40,423 bases of DNA from Planctomycetota bacterium (GTDB lineage: Bacteria > Planctomycetota > UBA1135): assembly GCA_045047305.1 (NCBI GenBank), contig JASFYO010000077.1, positions 1 to 40,423 on the forward strand, read 5' to 3'. The notes below the pieces were generated by a model. The model saw nothing but the letters and a program-made list of their open reading frames with translations. It did not search any database and had not been told where the DNA came from. A program made the translations under genes and the position numbers. How positions within the stretch are numbered: the stretch's first letter is position 1; each line of letters opens with the position of its first letter. This document shows, one piece after another, positions 7,551 through 17,435 of the stretch.

Positions 7551-9450
7551 AACCCAAAGCACTCAGCGCCAAGTCTTGGGCTGCGCTGCGTTTGGCGTCG
7601 GTTTGGCGGGTGAACCAAGTGTCGGCGTCGGAAAACTCCGCAATCAGCCGTTGGAGTTCGACTGGGAGTTTACTGCTGCTGGACAATAGGTCGGTGACTT
7701 CTGCTGGATCGCGAAAGAGGTTGACCATGCGGACATCTATGGGGTCGCTGTCGAGGACTTCGTTGTCCGCATTGGTGGGCCAAGCTCCGGTCCACTTTAG
7801 GCCAGTGTCTACAGTGACGGCCATCTCCTTCTGGTCCACCACCACATGGGTTCGGGTGAGGTAATCACGCGTCACAGGCATGCCGGTAAAGGAATCCGGC
7901 AACGCAACTCCTGCAAGCGTGAGCAAGGTCGGCGCGACGTCGGCGCTATGTGGTGCGGCCATCAAGTGTGCTGCAATCACGCCCTCGCCCCACAGCATGA
8001 ATGGAACTTGAATGTTCTTTTCATAAAGTGAATTGGCATGGTCCATCAAGTTGTGCTCGCCAAACTGTTCGCCGTGATCGGCCGTGAACAACACCACATA
8101 CGGGCGTCCGCTCTTATTCACTAAGTCGAAGTACGCCTCCAATTTTTGATCGACGTACACCATTTCCTCCAAGTAAACCTGATGGTAATAGCGTGCCGCG
8201 ACCGTCGCCTCGGGATCCCCTTGTTTTAACGCCTCCTCCACGCTGCGCACCATGTCGAGGGAAATCTCAGCATCGGGCGACGGCAGAAATCGCTTCGCAA
8301 CCTGGGGCGCAAGTGCTCCCGACAAGATCCCGCGTAACTGTGACGGTGGGCGATAGGCAGTATGCGGGTCCATGAAGTGCAGGAACTGGAAGAACGGGCG
8401 CTCCGAAGCATAATTCGCCTTCAATTGAGGGATTGCGGCTTTCATAACGCGATCCGCTAAAGGGATTTCCTTCATTGCCAACTGCTTGCGGAAGAAAATA
8501 CGCTGAAAAGTCAGGCGTGTGCGTTCCTCGGAGAACAAAAAACCGGACCACGTATTCTCGTGCAAATACTGCGACAACAAAATCGCATAAGGGCCTAGCC
8601 CAATCGGTTCATCCGAGTAGCTGTCGTAGCCACGATTCATGCCGGTTGCTGCTGAAAGCAGGGCATTCGAAATCACACCCGAGGTATGCCATCCTGCATC
8701 TTGAAAGTACTCTGAAATGAGCGGTACTTCTGCATCCGGCAAGTCGACATTGGAGCGTACTCCATGCACCATGGCATTGACCCCAGTGAGCATGCCGACG
8801 TGGCCCGGCAAGGTCTGATTGCTACTTGACCATGCATAATCGGCCCATAAAGAGCTTGGCCTTATGCGGTCGAGGAAAGGAGTGGGGGCGGTGGAGTCAC
8901 CTTCGGTGTTGGGGTCATCGACAATGGCGTCGGCGCGCAAGGTGTCGACCGAGATGAGGAAGACATCGATACCTTGGGGAACCGGGCGGGTATCAGCAGA
9001 GGCGTTGTAATGGTTGGGCGAAAGACTGGCGGTGGTTTGCGGCAGGAAAGGAGAGGCGAGCAGGAAGGCCGCCAGCAAAATAGTTTGCCCGAATTCGACC
9101 ACTGGGGGCATGGTGTGAAGGTTGAAGTGCTTTAGCTGCCCCAATCCCAAGATGATGAGGCCTGGCAAGAGGAACATGACCCCGGGCAGATTGGAGCCAA
9201 GTAGGGGCGTAATGCCGATGGCGAGGCCGGTCCAATGCGCGGTCCGAACAGGGCTATTCAGCTTCGATTTCAGGACGCCGATAAGAATCCAGGCAGGGAA
9301 GCATAATGCCCATGCGTTAAGCAGCGCGAAGCCCATCATTTCCCGCTGGAAGAACGGCTGAGGGTTTGATAATTGGAGCCAGCCGTCCAGCAGGGCCATA
9401 AGGCCACTGGCAGAGAGGAGAGCGAAGCCGCAACGTAGCCATTCACGCAT
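7525..9450 (-). CDS. Membrane-anchored sulfatase-like (alkaline phosphatase superfamily) hydrolase/transferase
   Basis: N-terminal TM helices, then ISVDTLRAD, TLPGH..MLTG, HFMDPH, TADHGE, VPFML, C-terminal LSALGY. Confidence 0.85.
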   Translation of the reverse strand: MREWLRCGFALLSASGLMALLDGWLQLSNPQPFFQREMMGFALLNAWALCFPAWILIGVLKSKLNSPVRTAHWTGLAIGITPLLGSNLPGVMFLLPGLIILGLGQLKHFNLHTMPPVVEFGQTILLAAFLLASPFLPQTTASLSPNHYNASADTRPVPQGIDVFLISVDTLRADAIVDDPNTEGDSTAPTPFLDRIRPSSLWADYAWSSSNQTLPGHVGMLTGVNAMVHGVRSNVDLPDAEVPLISEYFQDAGWHTSGVISNALLSAATGMNRGYDSYSDEPIGLGPYAILLSQYLHENTWSGFLFSEERTRLTFQRIFFRKQLAMKEIPLADRVMKAAIPQLKANYASERPFFQFLHFMDPHTAYRPPSQLRGILSGALAPQVAKRFLPSPDAEISLDMVRSVEEALKQGDPEATVAARYYHQVYLEEMVYVDQKLEAYFDLVNKSGRPYVVLFTADHGEQFGEHNLMDHANSLYEKNIQVPFMLWGEGVIAAHLMAAPHSADVAPTLLTLAGVALPDSFTGMPVTRDYLTRTHVVVDQKEMAVTVDTGLKWTGAWPTNADNEVLDSDPIDVRMVNLFRDPAEVTDLLSSSSKLPVELQRLIAEFSDADTWFTRQTDAKRSAAQDLALSALGYADQEDDR

Positions 9451-9456
9451 ATTTAG

Positions 9457-9521
9457 ATTCTATCCCGAGGGCAGGGATGGAACCACATTCTCCGCGCCTT
9501 GAGCCCTAGATAGGGTAGAAT
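9457..9521. promoter_or_regulatory. Divergent promoter region with TAGAAT -10 boxes on both strands
   Basis: Minus-strand TAGAAT at 9457-9462, 6 nt before ATG 9450; plus-strand TAGAAT at 9516-9521, within an AGGGTA...TACCCT dyad (9512-9535). Confidence 0.5.
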
Positions 9522-9547
9522 GTTGCACTTACCCTCACGGTAATACC

Positions 9548-10684
9548 ATGGAATTTGCCCTTACAGAAGACCACGAGATGATCCGCGATTCGGCGCGTGA
9601 ATTTGCCGATCGCGTTTTGCGTCCCCATGCTGCGCGCTGGGATGCGGAAGAAAAATTTCCCGCGGAAGCCATCCAAGAAGCCGCGGAAGCCGGATTTTTG
9701 GGGCTGACCGTGCCTGAGGAGTATGGGGGAGCTGGAATGGGCAACCTCCACGCCTCGATTCTTTTGGAAGAGATCAACGCCGCCTGCGCCAGTGTCGGCG
9801 TGACCATTTCAGTACACATGTCGCTGATGTGCTCCATGCTGGCCAAGCACGGCACCGAACTTCTGAAGAAGAAGTACCTTCCAACCCTGGCCGACGGCAC
9901 CATCCTCGGCGCTTACTGTCTCACTGAGCCACAAGCTGGTTCGGATGCTGCTGCCGTGCGTACCTCCGCAGTGAAGGCTGATGGCGGCTACATCCTGAAC
10001 GGCACCAAGGCTTGGATTACTACCGGCGAGCAAGCTGGTTTGTTCGTGGTCTATGCAGTCACCGATCCAGAGGCTAAGAAGGGCGCTGGCATGACTGCGT
10101 TCTTGGTCGAGAAGGGCTACAGCGGTCTGGAAGTAGGCAAGAAGGAGTTGAAGCTCGGCATTCGTGCCAGTTCCACCACCGAAATCTTGCTTAAGGATGT
10201 TTTCGTTCCGGATGAGAACATCGTTGGTGAAATCAACCAGGGTTTCAAAATCGCGCTCGATACTTTAGATGGCGGTCGTATTGGCATTGCTTCGCAGGCT
10301 GTAGGCATTCACCGCGCTTGTTTGGAAGCTTCTACTAAGTACGCCGGAGAGCGTGAACAGTTTGGCAAGCCGATTAACCGCTTCCAGGCCATCGCATTCA
10401 AGCTTGCCGATATGGCGACGGAGTTAGATGCCGCCCGTTTGTTAGTGCATCGTGCCGCTTGGTTGCGCGACAACAAGCAGCCCAGCACCAAAGCTTGCTC
10501 GATGGCGAAGCTGTTTGCATCGCAAGCCTGTAACCGTGCGGCGCAAGATGCCGTACAAATCCATGGTGGCGCTGGCTACACCAAGGAATTCCCTGTGGAG
10601 CGCTACTACCGCGACGCCCGCATCACTGAAATCTACGAAGGCGCCACCGATGTGCAGCGCATCGTCATCTCGCGTAATCTGTAA
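9548..10684 (+). CDS. Acyl-CoA dehydrogenase (short-chain/butyryl-CoA type)
   Basis: YCLTEPQAGSDA, LNGTKAWIT, KLGIRAS, LDGGRIGIA, QIHGGAGY, EIYEGAT. Confidence 0.95.
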   Translation: MEFALTEDHEMIRDSAREFADRVLRPHAARWDAEEKFPAEAIQEAAEAGFLGLTVPEEYGGAGMGNLHASILLEEINAACASVGVTISVHMSLMCSMLAKHGTELLKKKYLPTLADGTILGAYCLTEPQAGSDAAAVRTSAVKADGGYILNGTKAWITTGEQAGLFVVYAVTDPEAKKGAGMTAFLVEKGYSGLEVGKKELKLGIRASSTTEILLKDVFVPDENIVGEINQGFKIALDTLDGGRIGIASQAVGIHRACLEASTKYAGEREQFGKPINRFQAIAFKLADMATELDAARLLVHRAAWLRDNKQPSTKACSMAKLFASQACNRAAQDAVQIHGGAGYTKEFPVERYYRDARITEIYEGATDVQRIVISRNL

Positions 10685-10698
10685 GAAGAACTTTGGAC

Positions 10699-11862
10699 AT
10701 GGATAACATCGTTACCAACTTTGACCTGACCGAAGAGCAGGAGATGATCCGCGACGCGGTGCGCCGTTTTGCGAATGAAGTGGTTGCACCTGGTGCCGCC
10801 GCTGCCGACGAGAACAAGCAACTCAACATGGATGCTTGGAAGGGAATGTGCGAGCTGGGTCTTCCAGGCTTGCCGTTTTCGGAAGAGGTCGGCGGCGTGG
10901 GCATGGACAACCTTTGCTACAACATCGCGGTTGAGGAACTCTCACGCGTTTGTGCCAGCACCGGTTTGACCTTGGCTGCACACGTGTCGCTTGGCACCTG
11001 GCCCATCTACGCATTCGGCTCCGATGCTCTCAAGGAACGCTATCTGCCAGGTTTGTGCAGTGGCGAATTCATGGGCGCGTATGGTTTGACCGAGCCGGGC
11101 GCTGGTTCGGATAGTGCCGGAACTTCCACCTCTGCGGTTCTCGATGGCGATCACTACATCATCAATGGTGCCAAGTGTTTTATCACCAATGGCAACCACG
11201 CCAAGAGTTTTGTCATCACCGTGCAGACCGATAAGTCGCTCGGCGCCAAAGGCATCATGGCGATGGTCATTGACCGCGATCAAGATGGGTTCAAGATCGA
11301 ACCTGGTGAAGAGAAGCTCGGCATGCGCGGTTCCGATTGGGTGAACCTCGTGTTTGAAGATTGCCGTGTTCCTGTAGACGCCGTGCTCGGCCCAGAAGGA
11401 GAGGGTTTCGCGACCTTCATGAAGACCTTGGAAGGAGGACGCATTTCGATTGCATCCCTCAGCCTTGGTATCGCACAAGGCGCTTTGGATCAGGCCGTGG
11501 CTTACGGCAAAGAACGGGAACAGTTCGGGAAGCCTTTGGTGAAACATCAGGCGGTGGCTTTTAAGCTCGCCGACATGGAGACCGAAATCACTGCCGCACG
11601 CCACTTGGTTTATCACGCAGCACGCTTGAAGGACGCCGATCGCCCCTATGGTTCCGCTGCCGCAATCGCCAAGTACTTTGCTTCGGAAGTGGCCATGCGC
11701 TGCACCTATGAAGCGATTCAAATCTTTGGCGGCAATGGTTACTCCCGCGAGTATCCAGTCGAACGCATGTACCGCGACGCCAAGTTGTGTACTATTGGAG
11801 AAGGTACTTCAGAAGTGCAGCAGATCATCATTTCGCGTGATGTCCTGAAGCGCATGAGCTGA
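10699..11862 (+). CDS. Acyl-CoA dehydrogenase (second paralog)
   Basis: YGLTEPGAGSDS, NGAKCFITN, KLGMRGS, LEGGRISIA, QIFGGNGY, TIGEGTSE; ATG at 10699. Confidence 0.95.
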   Translation: MDNIVTNFDLTEEQEMIRDAVRRFANEVVAPGAAAADENKQLNMDAWKGMCELGLPGLPFSEEVGGVGMDNLCYNIAVEELSRVCASTGLTLAAHVSLGTWPIYAFGSDALKERYLPGLCSGEFMGAYGLTEPGAGSDSAGTSTSAVLDGDHYIINGAKCFITNGNHAKSFVITVQTDKSLGAKGIMAMVIDRDQDGFKIEPGEEKLGMRGSDWVNLVFEDCRVPVDAVLGPEGEGFATFMKTLEGGRISIASLSLGIAQGALDQAVAYGKEREQFGKPLVKHQAVAFKLADMETEITAARHLVYHAARLKDADRPYGSAAAIAKYFASEVAMRCTYEAIQIFGGNGYSREYPVERMYRDAKLCTIGEGTSEVQQIIISRDVLKRMS

Positions 11863-11879
11863 GCCCCGGAATCAATGCC

Positions 11880-12728
11880 ATGACCAAACGAGAATCCAGC
11901 ATTGGAAAGTTCCGCGTCGTTGCCTTGCACGACGCGAACTTCGCCCTCGATGGGGGAGCCATGTTTGGAGTGGTGCCACGCGTGATGTGGCAACGCTTAA
12001 CGGAAGTGAATGAAGACCACACTGTTCCGATAGCAACAACACCTTACTTGTTAGATGACGGCGTGAATCGCATTGTCATCGAGCCAGGTTTGGGCCGACG
12101 TTGGAACGAGAAGCAAAGCAAAATGTTTCATATTGATCATGCCGGGGGGCATGATTTGTTGGAGTCCTTGCGCGCAGCAGGGGTGGAGCCAGAAGAGGTC
12201 ACACATTGCCTGATGTCGCATTGTCATTGGGATCACATTGGAGCCACCTGTGGGGAAGATGGCCAGCCAGTGTTTCCAAATGCACAGCATTGGACGGTGG
12301 AGAGTGAAGTGAAGGCTTTGAGCGCGCAAGGACATATGCGCGGTGCGAGTTATCGCATAGAGGATTTACAGCCGGTTATCGACGCAGGTTTACTGCACAC
12401 TTTTTCCGGAGTGAAAGAGGTGCTTCCTGGAATTACGATGACCGAGTTAGGCGGGCACAGCGAGGGCATCGCGCTGATTCAAGTTGAGTCAGAAGGCGAC
12501 AAAGGCGCTTTTTGGGCCGATATTGTTCCCACTCGTAATCATGTCCATTTGCCCTTCATCATGGCCTATGACATGAACGCGGAAAAGTCCTTTGCGCTAC
12601 GCAGTGAGTGGATCAAGAGGGCGTCGGACGAGGGCTGGCTATGTATGCTTTACCATGACACGGTTTCGCCATTGGGGCGCTTTGTGTTCGATGGCAAAAA
12701 ATACAGCTTCGATCCCTTGGTCGACTAA
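11880..12728 (+). CDS. MBL-fold metallo-hydrolase (YtnP-like)
   Basis: FALDGGAMFGVVP, SHCHWDH (HxHxDH), GGHS.G, MAYD, YHD. Confidence 0.88.
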   Translation: MTKRESSIGKFRVVALHDANFALDGGAMFGVVPRVMWQRLTEVNEDHTVPIATTPYLLDDGVNRIVIEPGLGRRWNEKQSKMFHIDHAGGHDLLESLRAAGVEPEEVTHCLMSHCHWDHIGATCGEDGQPVFPNAQHWTVESEVKALSAQGHMRGASYRIEDLQPVIDAGLLHTFSGVKEVLPGITMTELGGHSEGIALIQVESEGDKGAFWADIVPTRNHVHLPFIMAYDMNAEKSFALRSEWIKRASDEGWLCMLYHDTVSPLGRFVFDGKKYSFDPLVD

Positions 12729-14346
12729 CGAACGACTAAAACGATCATGTTGGAGTCGTAAACCAAGGCGCCAGACATGGAGCCGACCTCCAGGTAAACC
12801 GTGGAACCAGAGAGGCTTGCTGGGATTGTTCCAGCTAGGGAGCCTTCACCAGCAAGATTAGTGACGCCAGTCATAAGAACCGTTACTGGTCGCCAATCTC
12901 GAAGTCATGGCCTTGCAGCACGCTTCCGTTGTTGGTGTCGCTGGATAAGAACGCATACGGCGAATTGGATGGAGCATCACTCCACGAGTAGGTTGCAAAA
13001 CTTCCGGCGGACTTGATCACCGGTCCAGTGAGATTGATCGCGTTGCGGTTGACGTCGACTTCGTGGAAGTAAATGTCTTCGGTGCCGTCGCTATCAGCGG
13101 AAACGAAGCCATCGATCGCCTGGAATGCCACCAGCGATCCATCGTTGGAGATGGAAGGATGCTCGTTGCCCCATCGCGCCTGCAGGCCAAGCGAACTGAT
13201 GCTCACCAACTCTGTCGCACCGCTTGACCGGTCATGAATAAGGACATCGCTGACTAGATTGGTGTCGTTGAAGGCCAAGTTCTCGGCGACAGAACGGAAT
13301 GCAATACGATTGCCGTCGGCAGAAACCGATGGCGCAAAGCTGTTTCCTAAGCCCTGGGCGCCTGAACTACTGATGCTAATGCGTTCGGTAATTCCAGTCT
13401 GCCGATCGCGTAGGAAAACATCGCTGAAGTTGTTGGTGTCCCCACCCACTAAATTAGTCGCGAAAGATTCAAAAGCTAGGAAACGTCCATCGGCAGAAAG
13501 CGAAGGGGCTCCACTCGATGCGCTTGCCTGCACTCCATTACTGTCGCGGCTGCCTAACTCTAGAGTCCCCAAGACTAGATCGTAAACGAAAACATCGGGC
13601 AAGCCATTGGTGTCACCTGCGACCAAATTGTTCGATGAAGAAGTAAAGGCGATGAAGAAACCGTCGGTGGAAATTTGTGCATCAGTGCTAAATCCATTGC
13701 CTGGAACACCGGACGCATCGACACTCAGGCAAATGGTCGTTCCGAGTTGGCGATCATGCAGAAATACATCTTGCCAACCATTAAGGTCATTACTTACGAG
13801 GTTGCTCGCCCAAGACTGAAATACCACATAACGTCCGTCACCAGAAATAGATGCATGGAAGCTAGTACTATTTGCCTGCACCCCGCCACTGGTCACGCTG
13901 ATCAGCTCGGTGGTAGCAGAGCTTAGATCGCGTACAAAAATATCCTTCTGGCCATTGCTGTCTAGCGCCACGAGATTACTCGCGGTGGACTCAAAAGCAA
14001 TCCATGTGCCTGTTTCCGAAATGGAACCCATCGAACTGCTTCCCATCGCCGTGGTTCCCATGGAGTCCAGGCTAATGGCTTCGATAAGGCCGGTGGATAA
14101 ATGACGTACGAAGACATCGGGTTGGCCGTTGGGGTCGTACAAGCCGGGTTGGAGATTGGTTGCAGTGCTCCAAAACACAATGTGTTTACCATCTGCGGAG
14201 AACTTTGGTTGGTAGCTAAAGAGGTTTGCTGCCCCACCATAGGGGTCTATGCTGACAAGGTGTGTACTTCCCTGCGCGAAGGCTGGGGAGTTTAAAGCGA
14301 CGCCAAGAAGGGCATAAAGGGAGAAGCCAAGTCTGGATATTTTCAT
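12725..14346 (-). pseudogene. Exported TolB/PD40-type beta-propeller protein with C-terminal beta-rich domain; one-base frameshift near 12888 (real lesion or assembly error)
   Basis: ATG 14346 with signal peptide MKISRLGFSLYALLGVALNSPAFA; repeated S.DG..VAF.S.A.NLV..D.N...DVF..D units; frame stops at 12883 but the neighbouring frame continues 53 aa to a TAG at 12725-12727 overlapping the MBL stop. Confidence 0.78.
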
Positions 14347-14409
14347 AGGTGGACATCCTAGCAGAGTCGGAAAACGTGGTTGGTAAGAAATAGGACTAGC
14401 CTTGCTAAT

Positions 14410-15363
14410 ATGACCACTGTGAAACGTTTCACCATTCTTCTGACATTTCTTATTTTCAGTGCTTGTACTAGCCCCAAAACGCCAGTGCTCGAATCGAACG
14501 CTTATTCCCTGGAGCATCAGGGGCTGTCCGTTTTTGTGCACGAGAAGTGGAGGAGCGATTGGCCTGAAGGCGGGAAAACCCTCGTACTGCTGCCAAGCGC
14601 AACTTATAGCGCGATTCCAAACTGGGATTTACAGGTGGAGGGCTACTCAGTCATGGATGCTTTTGTGGAACAAGGCTGGCGGGTGCTTGCTGTCGACTTA
14701 CCTGGATATGGCAAGGCGGAGAATCCTCCGCGCCCTAATTCCTTTGGTGCAGTACAACAACTTCCTTGGCTAGAGATCGTTTTGGAGGATTTGGAGCAGA
14801 GGTGTGGAGTGCCCGCCGTGGATTTACTTGGTTGGAGTTGGGGGGCACAGGTTGCCGGTCGCTTTGCACAAGATTTCCCGACTCGAGTCCACAAGTTGGT
14901 GTTGTATGGTTTTACTTACGCACAGCGCATTCCGCAGCAGGCATTTTCAGCCGAAGCTATCCATCAGGATTTTCGCCCAGTCACTCTCGCGGGTGCACAT
15001 TCCGACTTTATCCCCGGTTGTTTCGACCCCATGGTTGCCGACACTTATGCCAGAGCCTGCGTAAACAATGATGCCGACGTTCCCTTTGGAGCGCTCCACG
15101 ACTTCATCTTCTCCCTCCCTTTAGTGGATCCTGGAATGCTTACTATGCCGTGCTTGTTAATCAGCGGACAATATGAGTTGGAAGCACAAGTTGCAGCCGA
15201 GGAAGGCTATTTCGCTTCTCGCCGCAAAGATCTTGAAACATTTTGTGCGGGTTTGCCCACCAAGGGGCAAGCGGTTGCCTTGATTTCTGGTGGGGGCCAC
15301 GCAGTGCATTTGGAGAATCCAGATGACTGGACGCAGCAAGTGATGAGTTTCCTTGCTGAATGA
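14410..15363 (+). CDS. Alpha/beta-fold hydrolase, probable lipoprotein
   Basis: ATG 14410, lipobox-like IFSAC; DLPGYG, GWSWG nucleophile elbow, GGHAVHLE. Confidence 0.85.
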   Translation: MTTVKRFTILLTFLIFSACTSPKTPVLESNAYSLEHQGLSVFVHEKWRSDWPEGGKTLVLLPSATYSAIPNWDLQVEGYSVMDAFVEQGWRVLAVDLPGYGKAENPPRPNSFGAVQQLPWLEIVLEDLEQRCGVPAVDLLGWSWGAQVAGRFAQDFPTRVHKLVLYGFTYAQRIPQQAFSAEAIHQDFRPVTLAGAHSDFIPGCFDPMVADTYARACVNNDADVPFGALHDFIFSLPLVDPGMLTMPCLLISGQYELEAQVAAEEGYFASRRKDLETFCAGLPTKGQAVALISGGGHAVHLENPDDWTQQVMSFLAE

Positions 15364-15378
15364 ATACGAGTCAAGACC

Positions 15379-16200
15379 CTACAGGGAGCTTGCCGTCTTC
15401 CTCTCACTGAGTCCCATCGCCACTCGCTGCATGGCCAGAATCAAAATCGCCATGGCGAAGGTCGCCCCAAATAAGCGATACCAGCGGTGATGGCCCAAAT
15501 CGTCGAAAGCCCATGCATCGGCAATCATAGTTCCCCAGGACAAATGTCCTTGCATGCCTATGCCTAGGAAGGACAAAATCGCTTCCGCTTGGACAGCGTA
15601 GAGGAAGTGCAATACGAATTGGGTGAGCAGGATGGGGCTCAGATTCGGCAATAGATGCCTCAAAACGAGGAATGGCGTGCTGGCTCCATGCAGTCTCGAG
15701 GCGAGGAGAAACGGTTCTGTACGTAGGCGCTGCACTTCAACCCGGATCAATCGGTAAATACCCACCCATGAGACTAGGCCGATGGCGAGGAAGACTCCAA
15801 GATAACCGCCACCAAGCATCCAACTTAGAACTAGGACTAACAAGATGCCCGGTATGGCAGCGACGCTGCCACTGAGCCAGAGCACGAAGGCATCCACTGC
15901 GCCGCCGTACCAGCCAGCAAGAATGCCGAAGAGTGCGCCAAGCAGGACAGCAACGCTTGCGGCAAGGAAGCCAACAGAAAGTGCCACGCGCACTCCTTGT
16001 AAGGTGACTTCCAGGACGTCGCGGCCGAGTTGGTCGGTGCCTAGCCACGCATTGATATTGGGTGCAGCATTGGCAAGCACGGCAGGGGTGCCTTCATCGG
16101 TGTTGAGTAGGCCAAGGTCAATATCGGCTGGAAAGAGCCCTAAACTGCCGAGAACGGCGATCAACAGATAGATGCCCAAAATGCAAAGCCAGAACCTCAT
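15379..16200 (-). CDS. Peptide/nickel ABC permease (OppC/DppC family)
   Basis: WLGTDQLGRDV, EAA-like loop FLLASRLHGAS..RHLLPN, EAILSFLGIG, SWGTMI. Confidence 0.9.
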   Translation of the reverse strand: MRFWLCILGIYLLIAVLGSLGLFPADIDLGLLNTDEGTPAVLANAAPNINAWLGTDQLGRDVLEVTLQGVRVALSVGFLAASVAVLLGALFGILAGWYGGAVDAFVLWLSGSVAAIPGILLVLVLSWMLGGGYLGVFLAIGLVSWVGIYRLIRVEVQRLRTEPFLLASRLHGASTPFLVLRHLLPNLSPILLTQFVLHFLYAVQAEAILSFLGIGMQGHLSWGTMIADAWAFDDLGHHRWYRLFGATFAMAILILAMQRVAMGLSERKTASSL

Positions 16201-17435
16201 AGAGATCTCCTTTGTAAGCGCGGATCACATAGCAAGGCAACAAGTTCACCGATCCATTGGGCAATCAAATAAGTGATAGCGAAAAGGAAGGTAATGGCGC
16301 GGAGTAGGTTTGTGTCGTGCTGCTGAACCGCGTCTACCAAAGTATTGCCGAGCCCGGGGATATCGAACATGTATTCGAGCAGCAAGGATCCCAGAATCAA
16401 AAAGGGCAAGGTGACGCAAAGTAAGGAAGTGAGTGGCGCAGCAAGGTTTGGAAGTAAATGTTGCAGCCAAATACGCCGAGTCGAGAGTCCGCGTGCCCGC
16501 GCTGCGAGCATCCAGTCTTGTTGCGTGCGCTCAAGAAGGATACTGCGGTAAAGCAGGAAATCGGGCCAGGTGGAGAGCCAAATCCAGATTAGTATCGGCA
16601 GTGCAAGCAATGGCCAAAATGGATCCGACCATGGGCGTTGGGGAAACCAATCTAGGTCCACGCTAAACAATTGACGCAGGAACAAAATCCATGCCAGTGA
16701 AGAGATCGAAATCACGATCACGGCAAAGTTTTGCAGGTAGCGGTCGGCTCGACGTCGGGCGGAAACCAGCATTGCAAGTGCTAGGGCGAAGATAGTCGAG
16801 AGGGTGAAGGCTGGAAGCGACAGCATTAACGAGCGTTTGCCGCGACTACGAATCTTGTCGACGACCGGGCGGCCGTGGCGGTCATTGCCGAAATCAAAGC
16901 GCAGTAGCGAGGTGAATCCGGCGCCAAAGCGTTTCCAGGAAGGGGCAGCTTGGGCCCAAGGCAGGGCGTCGGAGGCACCATCTTGGAGGGTGAATGGGAG
17001 GTCGCGCAGGGCATCTGTAATCCCGGATGCTTTTAGGGCGGCAGAAGCAGCGGGAGCAAAGGCTTGCAGCGACCAAGTGTCGCCGGAAAGTTGGGATAAG
17101 TCGGCGGCGAGCTTCTTGAGGTTGCCCTCAGCCGGTATCTCGGCAATAAGAGTGGCGCCGTCGTGGACGAAGAGGAGGTCGGCATGTGCCTCCAAGCGTA
17201 GATCCATGATCCCGGCAGTGGAGGTTAGTTGAATGCGTAAAGCCTCTGGCTCGAAGCGCTCATAGTGCCCCAATCGCAGACGGGCAAAGCCAACATCGGT
17301 AGCGCTTCCGCGAGCGCCAACTTCGATGATGGACGGGTCTCCCAACAATCCGCTGTCGAGAGCAAGAAATAGAATTAGGTCTGCGCCTGCGACCAGAGAC
17401 AGGGCGAACAGCAGCCGACGCAAGGCTCTTCCCAT
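16197..17435 (-). CDS. Peptide/nickel ABC permease (OppB/DppB family) with enlarged periplasmic loop
   Basis: RFDFG, AARARGLS..HLLPN, GSLLLEYMFDIPGLG, DPRL. Confidence 0.88.
   Translation of the reverse strand: MGRALRRLLFALSLVAGADLILFLALDSGLLGDPSIIEVGARGSATDVGFARLRLGHYERFEPEALRIQLTSTAGIMDLRLEAHADLLFVHDGATLIAEIPAEGNLKKLAADLSQLSGDTWSLQAFAPAASAALKASGITDALRDLPFTLQDGASDALPWAQAAPSWKRFGAGFTSLLRFDFGNDRHGRPVVDKIRSRGKRSLMLSLPAFTLSTIFALALAMLVSARRRADRYLQNFAVIVISISSLAWILFLRQLFSVDLDWFPQRPWSDPFWPLLALPILIWIWLSTWPDFLLYRSILLERTQQDWMLAARARGLSTRRIWLQHLLPNLAAPLTSLLCVTLPFLILGSLLLEYMFDIPGLGNTLVDAVQQHDTNLLRAITFLFAITYLIAQWIGELVALLCDPRLQRRSL

Noticed and set aside
9575..10754. Shared GAGATGATCCGCGA near the starts of both acyl-CoA dehydrogenases
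   Set aside because: Explained by conserved EMIRD residues in paralogs, not an insertion boundary
10942..11721. 259-aa antisense ORF, and similar ones at 242-772 and 23871-24728
   Set aside because: Mirror-frame ORFs arising from codon bias of conserved genes
13050..14250. Repetitive periodic DNA that might suggest an array or CRISPR
   Set aside because: Degenerate coding repeats of propeller blades; no identical repeats with spacers
14347..14541. 65-aa N-terminal extension of the propeller ORF
   Set aside because: Overlaps the divergent hydrolase; signal peptide and -10 box point to ATG 14346
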